This document shows positions 10,839 to 22,746 of a stretch of 64,000 nucleotides of DNA, piece by piece. The stretch spans positions 124,001 through 188,000 of the forward strand of contig NZ_JMCB01000004.1 of assembly GCF_000737315.1 (NCBI RefSeq), written 5' to 3'. The notes under the pieces are model-generated. The model was not told where the DNA came from. It searched no databases and saw only the letters and a program-made list of their open reading frames with translations. The DNA is from Hyalangium minutum. GTDB lineage: Bacteria > Myxococcota > Myxococcia > Myxococcales > Myxococcaceae. Every line of letters begins with the position of its first letter. The first letter of the stretch is position 1. The position numbers were made by a program, and so were the translations under genes.

Positions 10839-11603
10839 TCAGCGGAGGGAGTCCGTCACCTCGTAGGTGAGGGTCTGGAAGGAAGCCTCTCGGTACACCT
10901 GGAGCTGCACCGTGCCGCCGGGTGTGGACAGCCGATCGGCCAGGGCTCCCAGTTGGTCAGGGGAGAGCGGCGCTCCATTCATGCGGAACAGCACATCTCC
11001 CTCGTGGAGGCCGAGCCGCGCGAAGACTCCGTTCTCCTGAACGTCGGTGAGCTGGATGGCGGGCTGTGGAAACACCCTCAGGGTCTCCGCATGCGCGCCC
11101 AGGCCGTATTTGCCGCGGAGCTGCGACACCACGCTGCTTTTCACCTTCCAACGGAGCCGGCCCTCGTGGACGGCGGCCGTGTCGAAGCGGTGGCGGATGA
11201 CGCGCAGGGACACGTCCCGGCCCACCGGGAGCAGCTGGGAGCCCTCGGGCCCCGTGAGCTGGAGCCCTGCGGAGGTGATGGCCGTCACCCGGAGATTGCG
11301 GCCCAGCAGCTCTCCCACGTGCAGGTTGCGCGTCTCCCAGGTCTCCGTGTCCGCCAGCGTCGCGAAGGACTCGGTTCGAACGGGGCTGAGCTGGACTCCG
11401 AAGAGGCGATAGCGGGCGGTGCGCGCCTCATACGCCGCCGCCGCGTCGCCCAGCTCCGGTGCCAGCAGGTCCGCGAGCTCCGCCTCACCCACCTCCGTGC
11501 GCGGTGCCTCCCCAGTGTTTCCCTCCGGCGGCTGCGCTTCATTGGAGCAACCGGCGAGCGTCACCACAACCATTCCCCACAGCAACACAGACATGCTCTT
11601 CAT
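10839..11603 (-). CDS. Lipoprotein with C-terminal PDZ-like domain
   Basis: Lipobox LAGC after MKSMS start (11603); C-terminal FARLGLHEGDVLFRMNG is PDZ-like. Confidence 0.7.
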   Translation of the reverse strand: MKSMSVLLWGMVVVTLAGCSNEAQPPEGNTGEAPRTEVGEAELADLLAPELGDAAAAYEARTARYRLFGVQLSPVRTESFATLADTETWETRNLHVGELLGRNLRVTAITSAGLQLTGPEGSQLLPVGRDVSLRVIRHRFDTAAVHEGRLRWKVKSSVVSQLRGKYGLGAHAETLRVFPQPAIQLTDVQENGVFARLGLHEGDVLFRMNGAPLSPDQLGALADRLSTPGGTVQLQVYREASFQTLTYEVTDSLR

Positions 11604-11629
11604 GGTGGTTCCCCCTGGAAGGACGGCCG

Positions 11630-12535
11630 TTACTGGAAGCACTCCCCGACAACGCCCGCGCCATCCGGGTTGGTGGCCCAGGCTGCGCACGCCAGCTTTC
11701 GCTGCGCCGACACGCTGGGGTGGAAGCAGTCGGTGCCGTTGAGGTCCGACGCGCGGAAGACGTACGTGCCCACCGAAGTGTTCTGGAAGCCCTCCTCGAG
11801 GGAGCCCTGCCAGTCCGCCACGAAGCGCACGCCTCGCGGGTTGCGGCCGTCGATGTTGGCTGCGTAGAGATCGACCTCGGCACGGGTCGCCGCGTTGTAT
11901 TCATTGATGCGAGCGCCGATCTGCGCTCGCCGGCCGCCGTTCCTCTCTGCGGTGACGATGCGGCAGATGCCTGCGGCGGGCCAGATGACGTACGAGCAAT
12001 ACAGGCTCTTGGCATTCCCAGCGGCGTAGAGGAAATCCACCCGAGGGAAGCTCAGCACGTGTACCGTCGCGCCCGGCGAGAGGCAGGCCGCCAGCTGATC
12101 CAGCCCCGCGCGCAGCGCGTTGACCCAGGTGTCGAGCGAGTACATGTTCGCGGTGGCATCCGAGCTGGAGGATCTCGGCCGGTTGCACACGTCGTTGGCG
12201 CCGAGGAGGACAGAGACGTGCTGGGGCTTCTCCTCCTGCGCGCAGATCCGCGATGCCTGGACGGCGAAGTTGTTGCTCCCGCCGACCATCTCCGCGCCCG
12301 AGACGGACTCGGGTTGCTGGGTGAAGGAAGGGACGAGCTCCCGATACCGCATGAAGATCGAGAAGACGCTGCTGGAGGTGCCTTGCACCCAGCTCAGCTC
12401 CGGGCGATCCGCGGGCCACCCATCCGCGATCGCGCCTTGGGACATGCTGTCACCCACGTTGGACTGCTTGGTGGGGAGCTCGGCCCATGCCACACCTGCC
12501 AGGAGCCCCGCTGCCACTGCGCAGAGAATCCGCAT
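11630..12535 (-). CDS. Secreted SGNH/GDSL-family hydrolase
   Basis: Signal peptide, block I VGDSMSQG, block III LLGANDVC, block V DCFHPS. Start at ATG 12535 or GTG near 12550. Confidence 0.85.
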   Translation of the reverse strand: MRILCAVAAGLLAGVAWAELPTKQSNVGDSMSQGAIADGWPADRPELSWVQGTSSSVFSIFMRYRELVPSFTQQPESVSGAEMVGGSNNFAVQASRICAQEEKPQHVSVLLGANDVCNRPRSSSSDATANMYSLDTWVNALRAGLDQLAACLSPGATVHVLSFPRVDFLYAAGNAKSLYCSYVIWPAAGICRIVTAERNGGRRAQIGARINEYNAATRAEVDLYAANIDGRNPRGVRFVADWQGSLEEGFQNTSVGTYVFRASDLNGTDCFHPSVSAQRKLACAAWATNPDGAGVVGECFQ

Positions 12536-12957
12536 TCGAGATGTGCTCACGACGTGTTCCTCCGGTGAGTGAAAGCTCTGCGGTGTGTACAGGAAGGGCC
12601 TGGGGCGCCCCATCCGTCGGCGAGGCAGACGCGTTGGCCACCACACGAGGACGAGCGCGGAAATCCACGGATGATCGTCACCCTGTGCCCGGAGTCGTGC
12701 GCGGTGATGCCTGATGAGCAGGGGAGGTGGGGTGGGCCCTCGCAGGTAGGTCTTCCCGCTACCGTCTCCCAGGGTTCCCTCCGTGGGGAGCAGAGAGGCG
12801 CAGAGCCGCGCCGTCGTGTTTCGTGCAACGGGCCTGTGGCTGTTGCCACGGGGTATCACCTGGAAGACGCGAGCAAGCAGTCATGCACGGGGGGCCCATT
12901 CCGGTGGGGATCCCCGTGTCCATTCCTGTCCGGCGAGAACAGCGGGCGGGGAGCGGC

Positions 12958-15477
12958 ATGGGCGGATTGCGTGGCGCGTGGGTGGTGCTGGCGTGCGTGG
13001 GCGTGCTTGGGGGGCGGGCGGTGTGGGCCCAGGCTCCTGGCGAGGAGGCTCCGTCCGACGAGGTGCTGTCGGAGGAGCAGCTCGAGCAGCTGCTGGACTC
13101 TCCAGCCGAGCAGCCCTCGGGCGCGGACCTGAATGAGGCGATGTTCGGGCTGGAGCAGCTCACGCCCTACTTCGCCGAGGGGACGCTGGCCAAGGCCCGG
13201 GCTGAGTACGACCGGGGCCGGTACCGCAAGGCGCGGACACTGCTCTCGCAGGAGCAGCAGACGCTTCCGGTTCGCTTCCTGATGGCGCAGAGCGCGCTGA
13301 ACCTGCGCGATGACGTCACCGCGGCCGAGGAGTTCGCGGCGCTGGCCGAGGAGTACGTGCCGCTGAGAGACCACTGCTTGATGCGCGCGGCCCAGTCCAA
13401 CGAGAAGCTGCGCAAGCTGGAGCTGGCGGCCACCCAGTACCAGGCGGTGGATCCGAGCTCGCCGCTCTATCCGGACGCGCGGTTCAACCTGGCGCGGGTG
13501 CTGGAGCGGCGGAGGGACTTGAACGGAGCGCTGAACGCGCTGGCGGAACTCATCGAGAGCCGCAAGGCGCGCGGACCAGACGCCGTCCGCATGCAGGCGC
13601 TGCTGGCCACGTGTGATTTGGCGCGCAAGCAGGGCCTGTACAACGTGGAGCACAAGGCGCTGCTCGAGGTGTGGGCCACGAGTCCGTTGTCCCGGGAGGC
13701 GGAGCGCGCCCGGCGGCGGCTGCAGGGGCTGCCGCTGCCGCTGAAGTGGCGGGTGCGCCGGGCGGATGCGCTGGTGGATCTGCACCGCAACCACGCGGCG
13801 ATGGAACTGCTCGACGGGGTGGTTCCCCACGTGGCGCTGCCGGACCCGGTGGGGTGCAATGCGCGCCTCATCTATGGCGAGGCGCTGCGCAAGGAGCGGC
13901 AGCACCACAAGGCGATTCAGGTGCTCTCGCCGGTGGTGGAGCAGTGCCACCTACCGGAGGTCCGGCCGCAGGCGCTCTACGTGCTGGGCTACTCGCAGTC
14001 CGTGGTGGACAAGGACGCGGCGGTCGGCACGTACGACACGCTGGCGCGCGACTACCCGGAGCACGGCTATGCGGATGACGCCCTGTTCTTCGCGGGCTGG
14101 CTGTTCCAGCGCAAGGGCGAGCTGGATGCCGCGATGACCCGGTACGACGAACTGGCCAGGAAGTACCCCACGGGCAACTTCGCGTCCGAGGCGCTCTTCC
14201 GCTCGTACTGGCTGCACCAGCGGCGGGGGGAGCATGCGGCGGCGCTGGGGGCGCTCCAGGCGGTGGAGAAGATGCCGCAGGCGGCGCGGACGGACGAAGC
14301 GCTCTGGCGGGCGCGGTACTGGATCGCCCGGACGATGGAGATGCAGAACGAGGTGCCTGCGGCGCTCGCGGGCTATGAGCGCATCGCGGCCGATCGGCCT
14401 GCGACGTGGTACGGGATGCTGGCGCGCTCGCGGCTTGCGCTGCTGGCGCCGGGGCGGCTGGTGCGTGCACCGCCCGTCTCCGCGACGCCGATCGCCATGG
14501 TGGCTCCCGTCTCCACGGCTCCTGTCTCCGTGGCACCGGCCTCCGTGGCGCCTGTTTCTGGGGCGCCGGTCTCGGCGACTTCGGCCACCCTGACGTCCAT
14601 GCAGACGGTGGCGCCGGAACCCACGGCGGAGCCTGCGGTGATCTGGCCGCTGCCGATGGGTGGGCTGGCCAAGGATCCGCGCTTTGCGGCGGGAGTGGAG
14701 CTGATCCGGCTGGGAATGTCCGGTGCGGTGCAGGAACTGCTCGCGGTGGAGCAGCGGGCGCTGCCGGAGGGCCCGGCGCGGCTGCTGTACCAGATTGTCC
14801 AGCGCACGGGGCGGGGCTGGGCGGCGCGCAAGGTGGCGCGCTCCACGCTGCGGGACGAGGTGCGAGGCCCGCTGAGCTCCACGTCCCGGCCGATCTGGGA
14901 GGCCACGTGGCCGCTTGCGTTCCGCACGCTCATCGAGCGCCAGGCGAAGACGAACCGGCTGGATCCGGACCTGCTGCAGGGGCTCATCCGCGAGGAGAGC
15001 CGGTTCAATCCTCGGGCGCGCTCGTCCACGGGAGCGCTGGGACTCACGCAGCTGATGCCCGCGACGGCGCGCCAGGTGGCGGCCTCGCTGAAGCTGGCGG
15101 CGGTGGGGGAGCAGACGCTGCTGCAGCCGGACCAGAACGTGCGGATCGGCGCGGCGTACCTGGGGCAGCTGCTCAAGCACTTTGGAGGGAACGCCGCGTA
15201 CGCGGTGGCCGCATACAACGCGGGGCCTGGAGCGGTGGAGCGCTGGCGGAAGGCGCTGCCGCAGGCGGACCTCGACGAGTGGGTGGAGCACATCACCTTC
15301 GACGAGACGCGGGACTACGTGAAGAACGTGCTGGGCAGCTACAACGCCTACAAGCAGCTCTACGGCTCGCAGTCGCCGCTGCTGCAGATCACCACCATGA
15401 CTCCCGCCAATGGTGCGGGGCTGGCGGAGCGTGAGGCGGGAATGGGCGGCTCGGGTTCCGAGGTCCTGCAGAAGTGA
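12958..15477 (+). CDS. Soluble lytic transglycosylase (SLT domain) with TPR-like helical repeats
   Basis: LIREESRFNPRARSSTGALGLTQLMP, AAYNAGPG, ETRDYVKNV; signal peptide at the MGGLRG start. Confidence 0.9.
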   Translation: MGGLRGAWVVLACVGVLGGRAVWAQAPGEEAPSDEVLSEEQLEQLLDSPAEQPSGADLNEAMFGLEQLTPYFAEGTLAKARAEYDRGRYRKARTLLSQEQQTLPVRFLMAQSALNLRDDVTAAEEFAALAEEYVPLRDHCLMRAAQSNEKLRKLELAATQYQAVDPSSPLYPDARFNLARVLERRRDLNGALNALAELIESRKARGPDAVRMQALLATCDLARKQGLYNVEHKALLEVWATSPLSREAERARRRLQGLPLPLKWRVRRADALVDLHRNHAAMELLDGVVPHVALPDPVGCNARLIYGEALRKERQHHKAIQVLSPVVEQCHLPEVRPQALYVLGYSQSVVDKDAAVGTYDTLARDYPEHGYADDALFFAGWLFQRKGELDAAMTRYDELARKYPTGNFASEALFRSYWLHQRRGEHAAALGALQAVEKMPQAARTDEALWRARYWIARTMEMQNEVPAALAGYERIAADRPATWYGMLARSRLALLAPGRLVRAPPVSATPIAMVAPVSTAPVSVAPASVAPVSGAPVSATSATLTSMQTVAPEPTAEPAVIWPLPMGGLAKDPRFAAGVELIRLGMSGAVQELLAVEQRALPEGPARLLYQIVQRTGRGWAARKVARSTLRDEVRGPLSSTSRPIWEATWPLAFRTLIERQAKTNRLDPDLLQGLIREESRFNPRARSSTGALGLTQLMPATARQVAASLKLAAVGEQTLLQPDQNVRIGAAYLGQLLKHFGGNAAYAVAAYNAGPGAVERWRKALPQADLDEWVEHITFDETRDYVKNVLGSYNAYKQLYGSQSPLLQITTMTPANGAGLAEREAGMGGSGSEVLQK

Positions 15478-15522
15478 GCAGTTTCCCTTGCGAGCAGCTG
15501 GACACCGGCTCACTCTCCGGGG

Positions 15523-15999
15523 ATGGAAAACGCTGCGCCTGAATGGAAGCTGCCGTGGGAGGGTGGGTGCCGCTGCGGGAAGATCCGCCTGCGCGTCACT
15601 CAGCCTCCGCTCCTGACCATGGCGTGTCACTGCACGGGCTGTCAGCGCATGAGCTCGAGTGCTTTCAGCCTGTCGATGGCGGTGCCGACGCCCGGCTTTG
15701 AGGTCCTCTCCGGCGAGCCGGTGGTCGGGGGGCTGCATGGGCCGACGAAGCACATGTTCTGCGGCCACTGCATGACGTGGATGTTCACGCGGCCCGAGGG
15801 CATGGACTTCTTCGTGAACCTCCGGCCGAGCATGCTCGACGACTGGAGCTGGTTCGTGCCGTTCATCGAGACCTACGCGGAGGTGAAACGGCCCTGGGCG
15901 GCAACGGGCGCGGTGCACTCCTACCCGCAGTTTCCGGAGATGTCCGCGTACGAAGGGCTCATCGCCGAGTTCGCCGCGAAGGGTGTGCGTCCCAAGTAG
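15523..15999 (+). CDS. GFA/CENP-V family Zn-binding protein
   Basis: GGCRCGKIR, ACHCTGCQR, FCGHCMT. Confidence 0.9.
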   Translation: MENAAPEWKLPWEGGCRCGKIRLRVTQPPLLTMACHCTGCQRMSSSAFSLSMAVPTPGFEVLSGEPVVGGLHGPTKHMFCGHCMTWMFTRPEGMDFFVNLRPSMLDDWSWFVPFIETYAEVKRPWAATGAVHSYPQFPEMSAYEGLIAEFAAKGVRPK

Positions 16000-16151
16000 C
16001 GAGCCGCAGCCGCAAGGGGCTCGGGTGTGTTCCCTCGTTGCCGGTAGCCCAGGTGCAGTGGCAGGTGCTCCATCCCGCGCGACAGGGTGGACGAGCGCCA
16101 CCGCGAACTGCGAGGCGTGAAGCGCGTGCGGCTCGTGCTTGATGCGGCGGT

Positions 16152-16628
16152 TCAGCGCGCGGTGCACCTGTTGCTGCGGCAACTACCGCCCGGACACTCC
16201 GAGTCGGAGTAACACTCGCCGCCTGCGGTGGTGCACTTGCCGCTACGGCAGCTCCCGCCGTTGCACTCCGAGTCGGAGTAGCACTGGCCACCGGCGGTAG
16301 TGCACTTGCCGCTACGGCACCTGCCACCCGGGCACTCGGAATCCGAGTAGCACTCGCCACCCGCAGTGGTGCACTTGCCACTGCGGCAGCTCCCGCCGTT
16401 ACACTCCGAGTCGGAGTAGCACTGGCCACCGGCGGTAGTGCACTTGCTGCTGCGGCACCTGCCACCCGGGCACTCGGAATCCGAGTAGCACTCGCCACCC
16501 GCAGTGGTGCACTTGCCACTGCGGCAGCTCCCGCCGTTGCACTCCGAGTCGGAGTAGCAGTCGGCGAGCGCGGTGGGGGCGAACAGGAGCGCAGTGAGCG
16601 CGAGCGGTACGACCAGCAGTCGGGACAT
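16152..16628 (-). CDS. Secreted Cys-rich tandem-repeat protein (six 23-aa units)
   Basis: Signal peptide MSRLLVVPLALTALLFAPTALA, then CYSDSECxGGxCRSxKCTTAGG(E/Q) six times, the last copy truncated. Confidence 0.85.
   Translation of the reverse strand: MSRLLVVPLALTALLFAPTALADCYSDSECNGGSCRSGKCTTAGGECYSDSECPGGRCRSSKCTTAGGQCYSDSECNGGSCRSGKCTTAGGECYSDSECPGGRCRSGKCTTAGGQCYSDSECNGGSCRSGKCTTAGGECYSDSECPGGSCRSNRCTAR
16160..16560. repeat. 69-bp tandem repeat with a 138-bp higher-order period
   Basis: Odd units encode CNGGSC and even units CPGG(R/S)C; the DNA recurs every 138 bp. Confidence 0.9.
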
Positions 16629-17030
16629 GGTCACCTCTCCGAGCGCTCCATCCTGCTGGCAAGCGTGGGCTGCGCGCAACGAGTGGGAGGCAACACTCCT
16701 TCGTGTGGTGCTCGTCCGCCCACGCATACAGCGCCTGATGCCCGAGCGGTGCCAGCTGGAGCCACTCCAGCGTTCTTCTTCCGATGGGCGGGGAGGCGTG
16801 GCTTACTACACGGCTGGATGGGAGCAGGCCGGATCGGAGTGTCCTCGCGGTACCGGGCCTGCGAGCAAGGAGGGCTCTGGTGAAGGAGCATCCCGGAGGG
16901 GCTTCCCTGGTGCCACTGGCTCCGATGCTTGGGTGTCTCCTCCTTGTGGCGAGCTGTCAGGGATGCGAGAGGCCCGCGGCGCAGGTGTCGGCCATCGAAG
17001 GGGTGGAGGCCGGTGTCAGACCCTCCGCAG

Positions 17031-18029
17031 CTACTCTTCAGTGCTTGTGAGGTTTGGCGGCATGAATGTCAGCGAGATGGGATTCCCCAGCCCACCGCTG
17101 CCGGGTTGAACAAAGAGATCGATGAACGCGCCTGTCTTCCCGTCGAAGCGAAACACGGAGGCGCCCTGGAAGCTTGGCAGGTAAAGGTTTTCGTCGGGCC
17201 CGAAGACAAGATCATTGACCGTGATCAGCCCATTGCTGCCAGCAGGAATGAAGACATCGATCAAGGCGCCCGTCGTCCTGTTGTAGCGCCGCACGTCGTT
17301 GTCAAACGTGGCGACATACAGCTGGCAGTCGGGTCCGAAGGCAAACTTGGGGTATTTCACGCCGGTGATGAAGACCGCTCCCGGCTGGCCCTCGGCTGGC
17401 AGGGGAGCTCCCGTCCATTTGTCGTAGCGCATGATCTGGTCGGTCAAGACGCTCTCGACGAAGAGGTGCCCCTCTGGGCCAAAGGCCAGGATCTGCGGGA
17501 CCTTCAGTCCTCCCCCGGAGGCGAAGACGCCCAAGAAGGCGCCCGTCTTCCCGTCGTAGCGCAGCACGCTGTTGGTGCCGAAGAAGCTGTCGCTGACGTA
17601 CAGGTTCCTGTCGGGACCGAAGATGAGGTCGCCCGGAGTCCCGAGCCCCCCTCTGCCGGCTGGCACGAACACGCCCATGAACGCGCCCGTCCTCCCGTTG
17701 AAGCGCAGGATGTTCTTGGTAGCGAAGCTCGCGATGTAGAGGTGTCCATCCGGGCCGTAGGCCAGGCCCTGGATATTGGACAGCCCGCCACTGCCGGGAG
17801 GGATGAAGACGCTGACGAACTCTCCCGTTGTCCCGTCATAGCGCAGCACGCTGCTGTTGACGTTGCTGCTGACCAGCAGATCACTCCTGGGAACCAGCCC
17901 TTCTTTTTGAGCGTCCCCTGCCTCCCAGCGCTCGGTGAGCTTCGCCTGCTCCGCCACCTCGGATACTCCGCACCCGGCAGCCAGCCACGTCACCAGCAAA
18001 GCACTCCACAACCCCTTCCCACTCACCAT
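17031..18029 (-). CDS. Beta-propeller lipoprotein (NHL/Vgb-like repeats)
   Basis: Lipobox LAAGC; repeated units VLRYDGxTGxFxxVF...GLxFGPDGxLYV. Confidence 0.85.
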   Translation of the reverse strand: MVSGKGLWSALLVTWLAAGCGVSEVAEQAKLTERWEAGDAQKEGLVPRSDLLVSSNVNSSVLRYDGTTGEFVSVFIPPGSGGLSNIQGLAYGPDGHLYIASFATKNILRFNGRTGAFMGVFVPAGRGGLGTPGDLIFGPDRNLYVSDSFFGTNSVLRYDGKTGAFLGVFASGGGLKVPQILAFGPEGHLFVESVLTDQIMRYDKWTGAPLPAEGQPGAVFITGVKYPKFAFGPDCQLYVATFDNDVRRYNRTTGALIDVFIPAGSNGLITVNDLVFGPDENLYLPSFQGASVFRFDGKTGAFIDLFVQPGSGGLGNPISLTFMPPNLTSTEE

Positions 18030-18252
18030 GTCCCCCTCCTGTAGGTGGATAGAACTCCCACATCCACTCCCGCCAGAGTGTAAAGAGGATCAGGTGAAGA
18101 CCAGTGGCTGGCAGGGTCAGTCCGCGTCCATGGGCGAGCCTTTGATGGGCCTCTGGGCTCGAACTGTCAGGCCCGCATCATCCTGCGCTCGCCCGTGGCG
18201 CTGCTCCTCCCGCGTGGGGAGTGACACCTCCACGTCACTCCCCACGAGTGGC

Positions 18253-18885
18253 TCAGCCCTGGCGGCGCCGGAACAACATCAAGCCTGCCAGCATGCAGCC
18301 CCAGATGGGCGCACTCCCAGCAGCGGCGCATCCACCCCCATCCGCGTTCTCCTCTGGCTCTTCCTCCTGGGGGACGTCCACGGGTGTGCCCTTCCCAATC
18401 TTCACGCTCAGCTTCGCGGTGGAAGACCTGTCCCCATCGCTTTTGAGGTCCGCGTTGGTGGAGTTACCGGCCCCAAAGAGCGTGAGCGTCACATCGGTCG
18501 CGGGCGCGACGAGCGAGAAGTCGAAGCGCAGCACCCCGGCGTTGAAGGGCTGGGGAGCGGAATGCGTCAACTCGGTCCCCAGCTTCTTGAGCCCGGCGCT
18601 GCTGGCCAGGAGAGAGGTCTCCGCGCTGTCCACGGCGATGTTGATCCCACCCGTCTTCGCGGCGCCTCCCCGGATGATGAGGGCGTACTGGCCCGTGGCC
18701 CCTGGCTCCAGGCTCGTGGGGCCCTCGAACTCCACGGTGGGAAGCTCTCCCCCTTTATGACACGTGCTGCACGTCATCCCGTCCTTGCCAGACTGCCCGG
18801 TGATGCCCGTGCTGGTGGCGAGAGCAGGGGAGGACCACAGCGCCAAAGCGGCGAACACGCTCGTGATACGGAACTGAGGATGCAT
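18253..18885 (-). CDS. MYXO-CTERM-anchored surface protein with single CxxCH motif and Reeler-like domain (MXAN_6652-like)
   Basis: Signal peptide, STGITGQSGKDGMTCSTCHKGG, acidic linker, C-terminal GGGCAAAG...hydrophobic...RRRQG. Start at ATG 18885. Confidence 0.8.
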   Translation of the reverse strand: MHPQFRITSVFAALALWSSPALATSTGITGQSGKDGMTCSTCHKGGELPTVEFEGPTSLEPGATGQYALIIRGGAAKTGGINIAVDSAETSLLASSAGLKKLGTELTHSAPQPFNAGVLRFDFSLVAPATDVTLTLFGAGNSTNADLKSDGDRSSTAKLSVKIGKGTPVDVPQEEEPEENADGGGCAAAGSAPIWGCMLAGLMLFRRRQG

Positions 18886-18929
18886 TGAATCTCCAAGAAG
18901 TGATGAGAGACACGGCGTGACTGCAGCCG

Positions 18930-20138
18930 CTAGCGAAGCTGGAGGAAGGAGAAGGAGAGCCCTGGCGTCGTCACCGTGGCCCTGCCGTTGTCCCCCAGCA
19001 TCCGCAGGGTGGTGGACGCGGCGCCCGCGGCGAACTCGGTGTAGAGGATCTGGTTCTGCGACTCGAAGAGGAAGGTGCTGCCCGACGTCGCCGGGAAGCG
19101 GGTCTTGTGCACCGCCGTCATCGTGTCGAGCTTCAGCTCCCACCACTGCCAGCCCTTCCCGCTCGCGATGGTGCGCGGATGGGTGCCTTCCGTGATCGGG
19201 GCCACCGTCTCATCGAGCACGCGCACGTACGCGGTCCCCCGAGGGCCGGGCACGAGCGTGCCCGCCGTGCCACCGCCCACCAGTTCCGAGAGTGTCCGGT
19301 GGAAGCTCGGATCAAAGGTGCGGGTCTGGGGATCGAACTTGAGCAGGCACGGCGTGGGTGCCTCCGCGCCCACCACCCGGCGCACCGCCGCGCCATAGGC
19401 CTCCGTCGCGATGTACACCTTGCCGTCCAGGCCGACGGCGGCATCCTGCGTGTAGCCACACCGCTCATCCGTGGCGAGGGTGGCCACATCCGTCGCCGTG
19501 TCGACGGAGACCACACCCGCCTTGGGGGTGATGCCCACGCCCGAGACGGGACGCCAGCCCACGGGCATGATGATTTGGCCGGTGAGCTGCACGGCCAGTC
19601 CCGAGAAGGCCACGACCGTGTCCGGGAAGGCCACAGCGTCGAGGGGGATACGGCCGGTGACCGTCATCAGCTCGGGGTTCCAGATGACGATCTGGGCGGT
19701 GGCCCCATCGAAGAAGTAGGCCTTGGTCTCCGAGATGAACTGGAAGTTGGCCTGGTACTCTCCCAGGGACGTCACTCCCACGCTGGCGAAGCTCACGGTG
19801 CCAGCCGGCTCCAGCGCCCCCGTGGCGGAGAGCTTGTAACGGGTCACCGTCGCGCTCTCGTCGCTCACGACATAGAGCGTGCCGGACTTGGGGATGCCCA
19901 ATCCCAGGGCACGACCGGGCACGCGGATGGCGTTGTCCAGGGAGAGCGATGCCGGCTGCTCCGCCTGGTCCGTCACGATGACGTAGCTCTCCGCCGGATC
20001 GGCGGCGAGCAATTGCGTGGTGATGGCGTACAGCGGCTCGGTGTCGTCACCGTCCTCTTCTCCACAGCCTGTGAGCAGGGACAGGGCCAGCATGGCGGCG
20101 GAAAACCGCAGGGAAGAGAGGGCACCCAGATGCTTCAT
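18930..20138 (-). CDS. MxcI-like lipoprotein
   Basis: Lipobox LTGC; KAYFFDG...IVIWNPELMTVTGRI pattern recalled from myxobacterial MxcI-type lipoproteins; Fur-like box upstream. Confidence 0.6.
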   Translation of the reverse strand: MKHLGALSSLRFSAAMLALSLLTGCGEEDGDDTEPLYAITTQLLAADPAESYVIVTDQAEQPASLSLDNAIRVPGRALGLGIPKSGTLYVVSDESATVTRYKLSATGALEPAGTVSFASVGVTSLGEYQANFQFISETKAYFFDGATAQIVIWNPELMTVTGRIPLDAVAFPDTVVAFSGLAVQLTGQIIMPVGWRPVSGVGITPKAGVVSVDTATDVATLATDERCGYTQDAAVGLDGKVYIATEAYGAAVRRVVGAEAPTPCLLKFDPQTRTFDPSFHRTLSELVGGGTAGTLVPGPRGTAYVRVLDETVAPITEGTHPRTIASGKGWQWWELKLDTMTAVHKTRFPATSGSTFLFESQNQILYTEFAAGAASTTLRMLGDNGRATVTTPGLSFSFLQLR

Positions 20139-20160
20139 CGCAACAGCCTTTCCATGGAAA

Positions 20161-20187
20161 TGAAATCGATAATCATTATCAATTTCA
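20161..20187. promoter_or_regulatory. Fur-box-like operator
   Basis: TGAAAT-C-GATAAT-C-ATTATC-A-ATTTCA. The core CGATAATCATTATCA differs from the 7-1-7 Fur consensus TGATAAT-N-ATTATCA at one position; AT-rich island 23 bp upstream of the 20138 start. Confidence 0.8.
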
Positions 20188-20292
20188 GTGCTCTATTAGG
20201 AGGTGGCCGCGCCCCCTGTCAAGAAGAAGGGCTCTGTGGGTGGCGTCGTGTGGCTCGTGGGGATCGCGATCAGGGACGCGTTGCTACAGGTG

Positions 20293-20309
20293 GTGTACGT
20301 CTGTACAGT
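20293..20309 (+). promoter_or_regulatory. Putative myxobacterial LexA (SOS) box
   Basis: GTGTACGTCTGTACAGT matches 14 of 17 positions of the M. xanthus consensus CTRHAMRYBYGTTCAGS; 10 bp before the helicase ATG. Confidence 0.55.
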
Positions 20310-20319
20310 GCACGGCCCC

Positions 20320-22734
<2,415 letters not shown>

Positions 22735-22746
22735 GCGAGGTGCAGG

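Noticed and set aside
12785-12900. AGAGGCGC motif suggesting a lysine riboswitch
   Set aside because: Other conserved L-box elements are missing and the downstream gene is a transglycosylase.
16160-16560. Regular repeats resembling a CRISPR array
   Set aside because: No unique spacers; units are contiguous, in frame and encode a Cys-rich protein; no cas genes.
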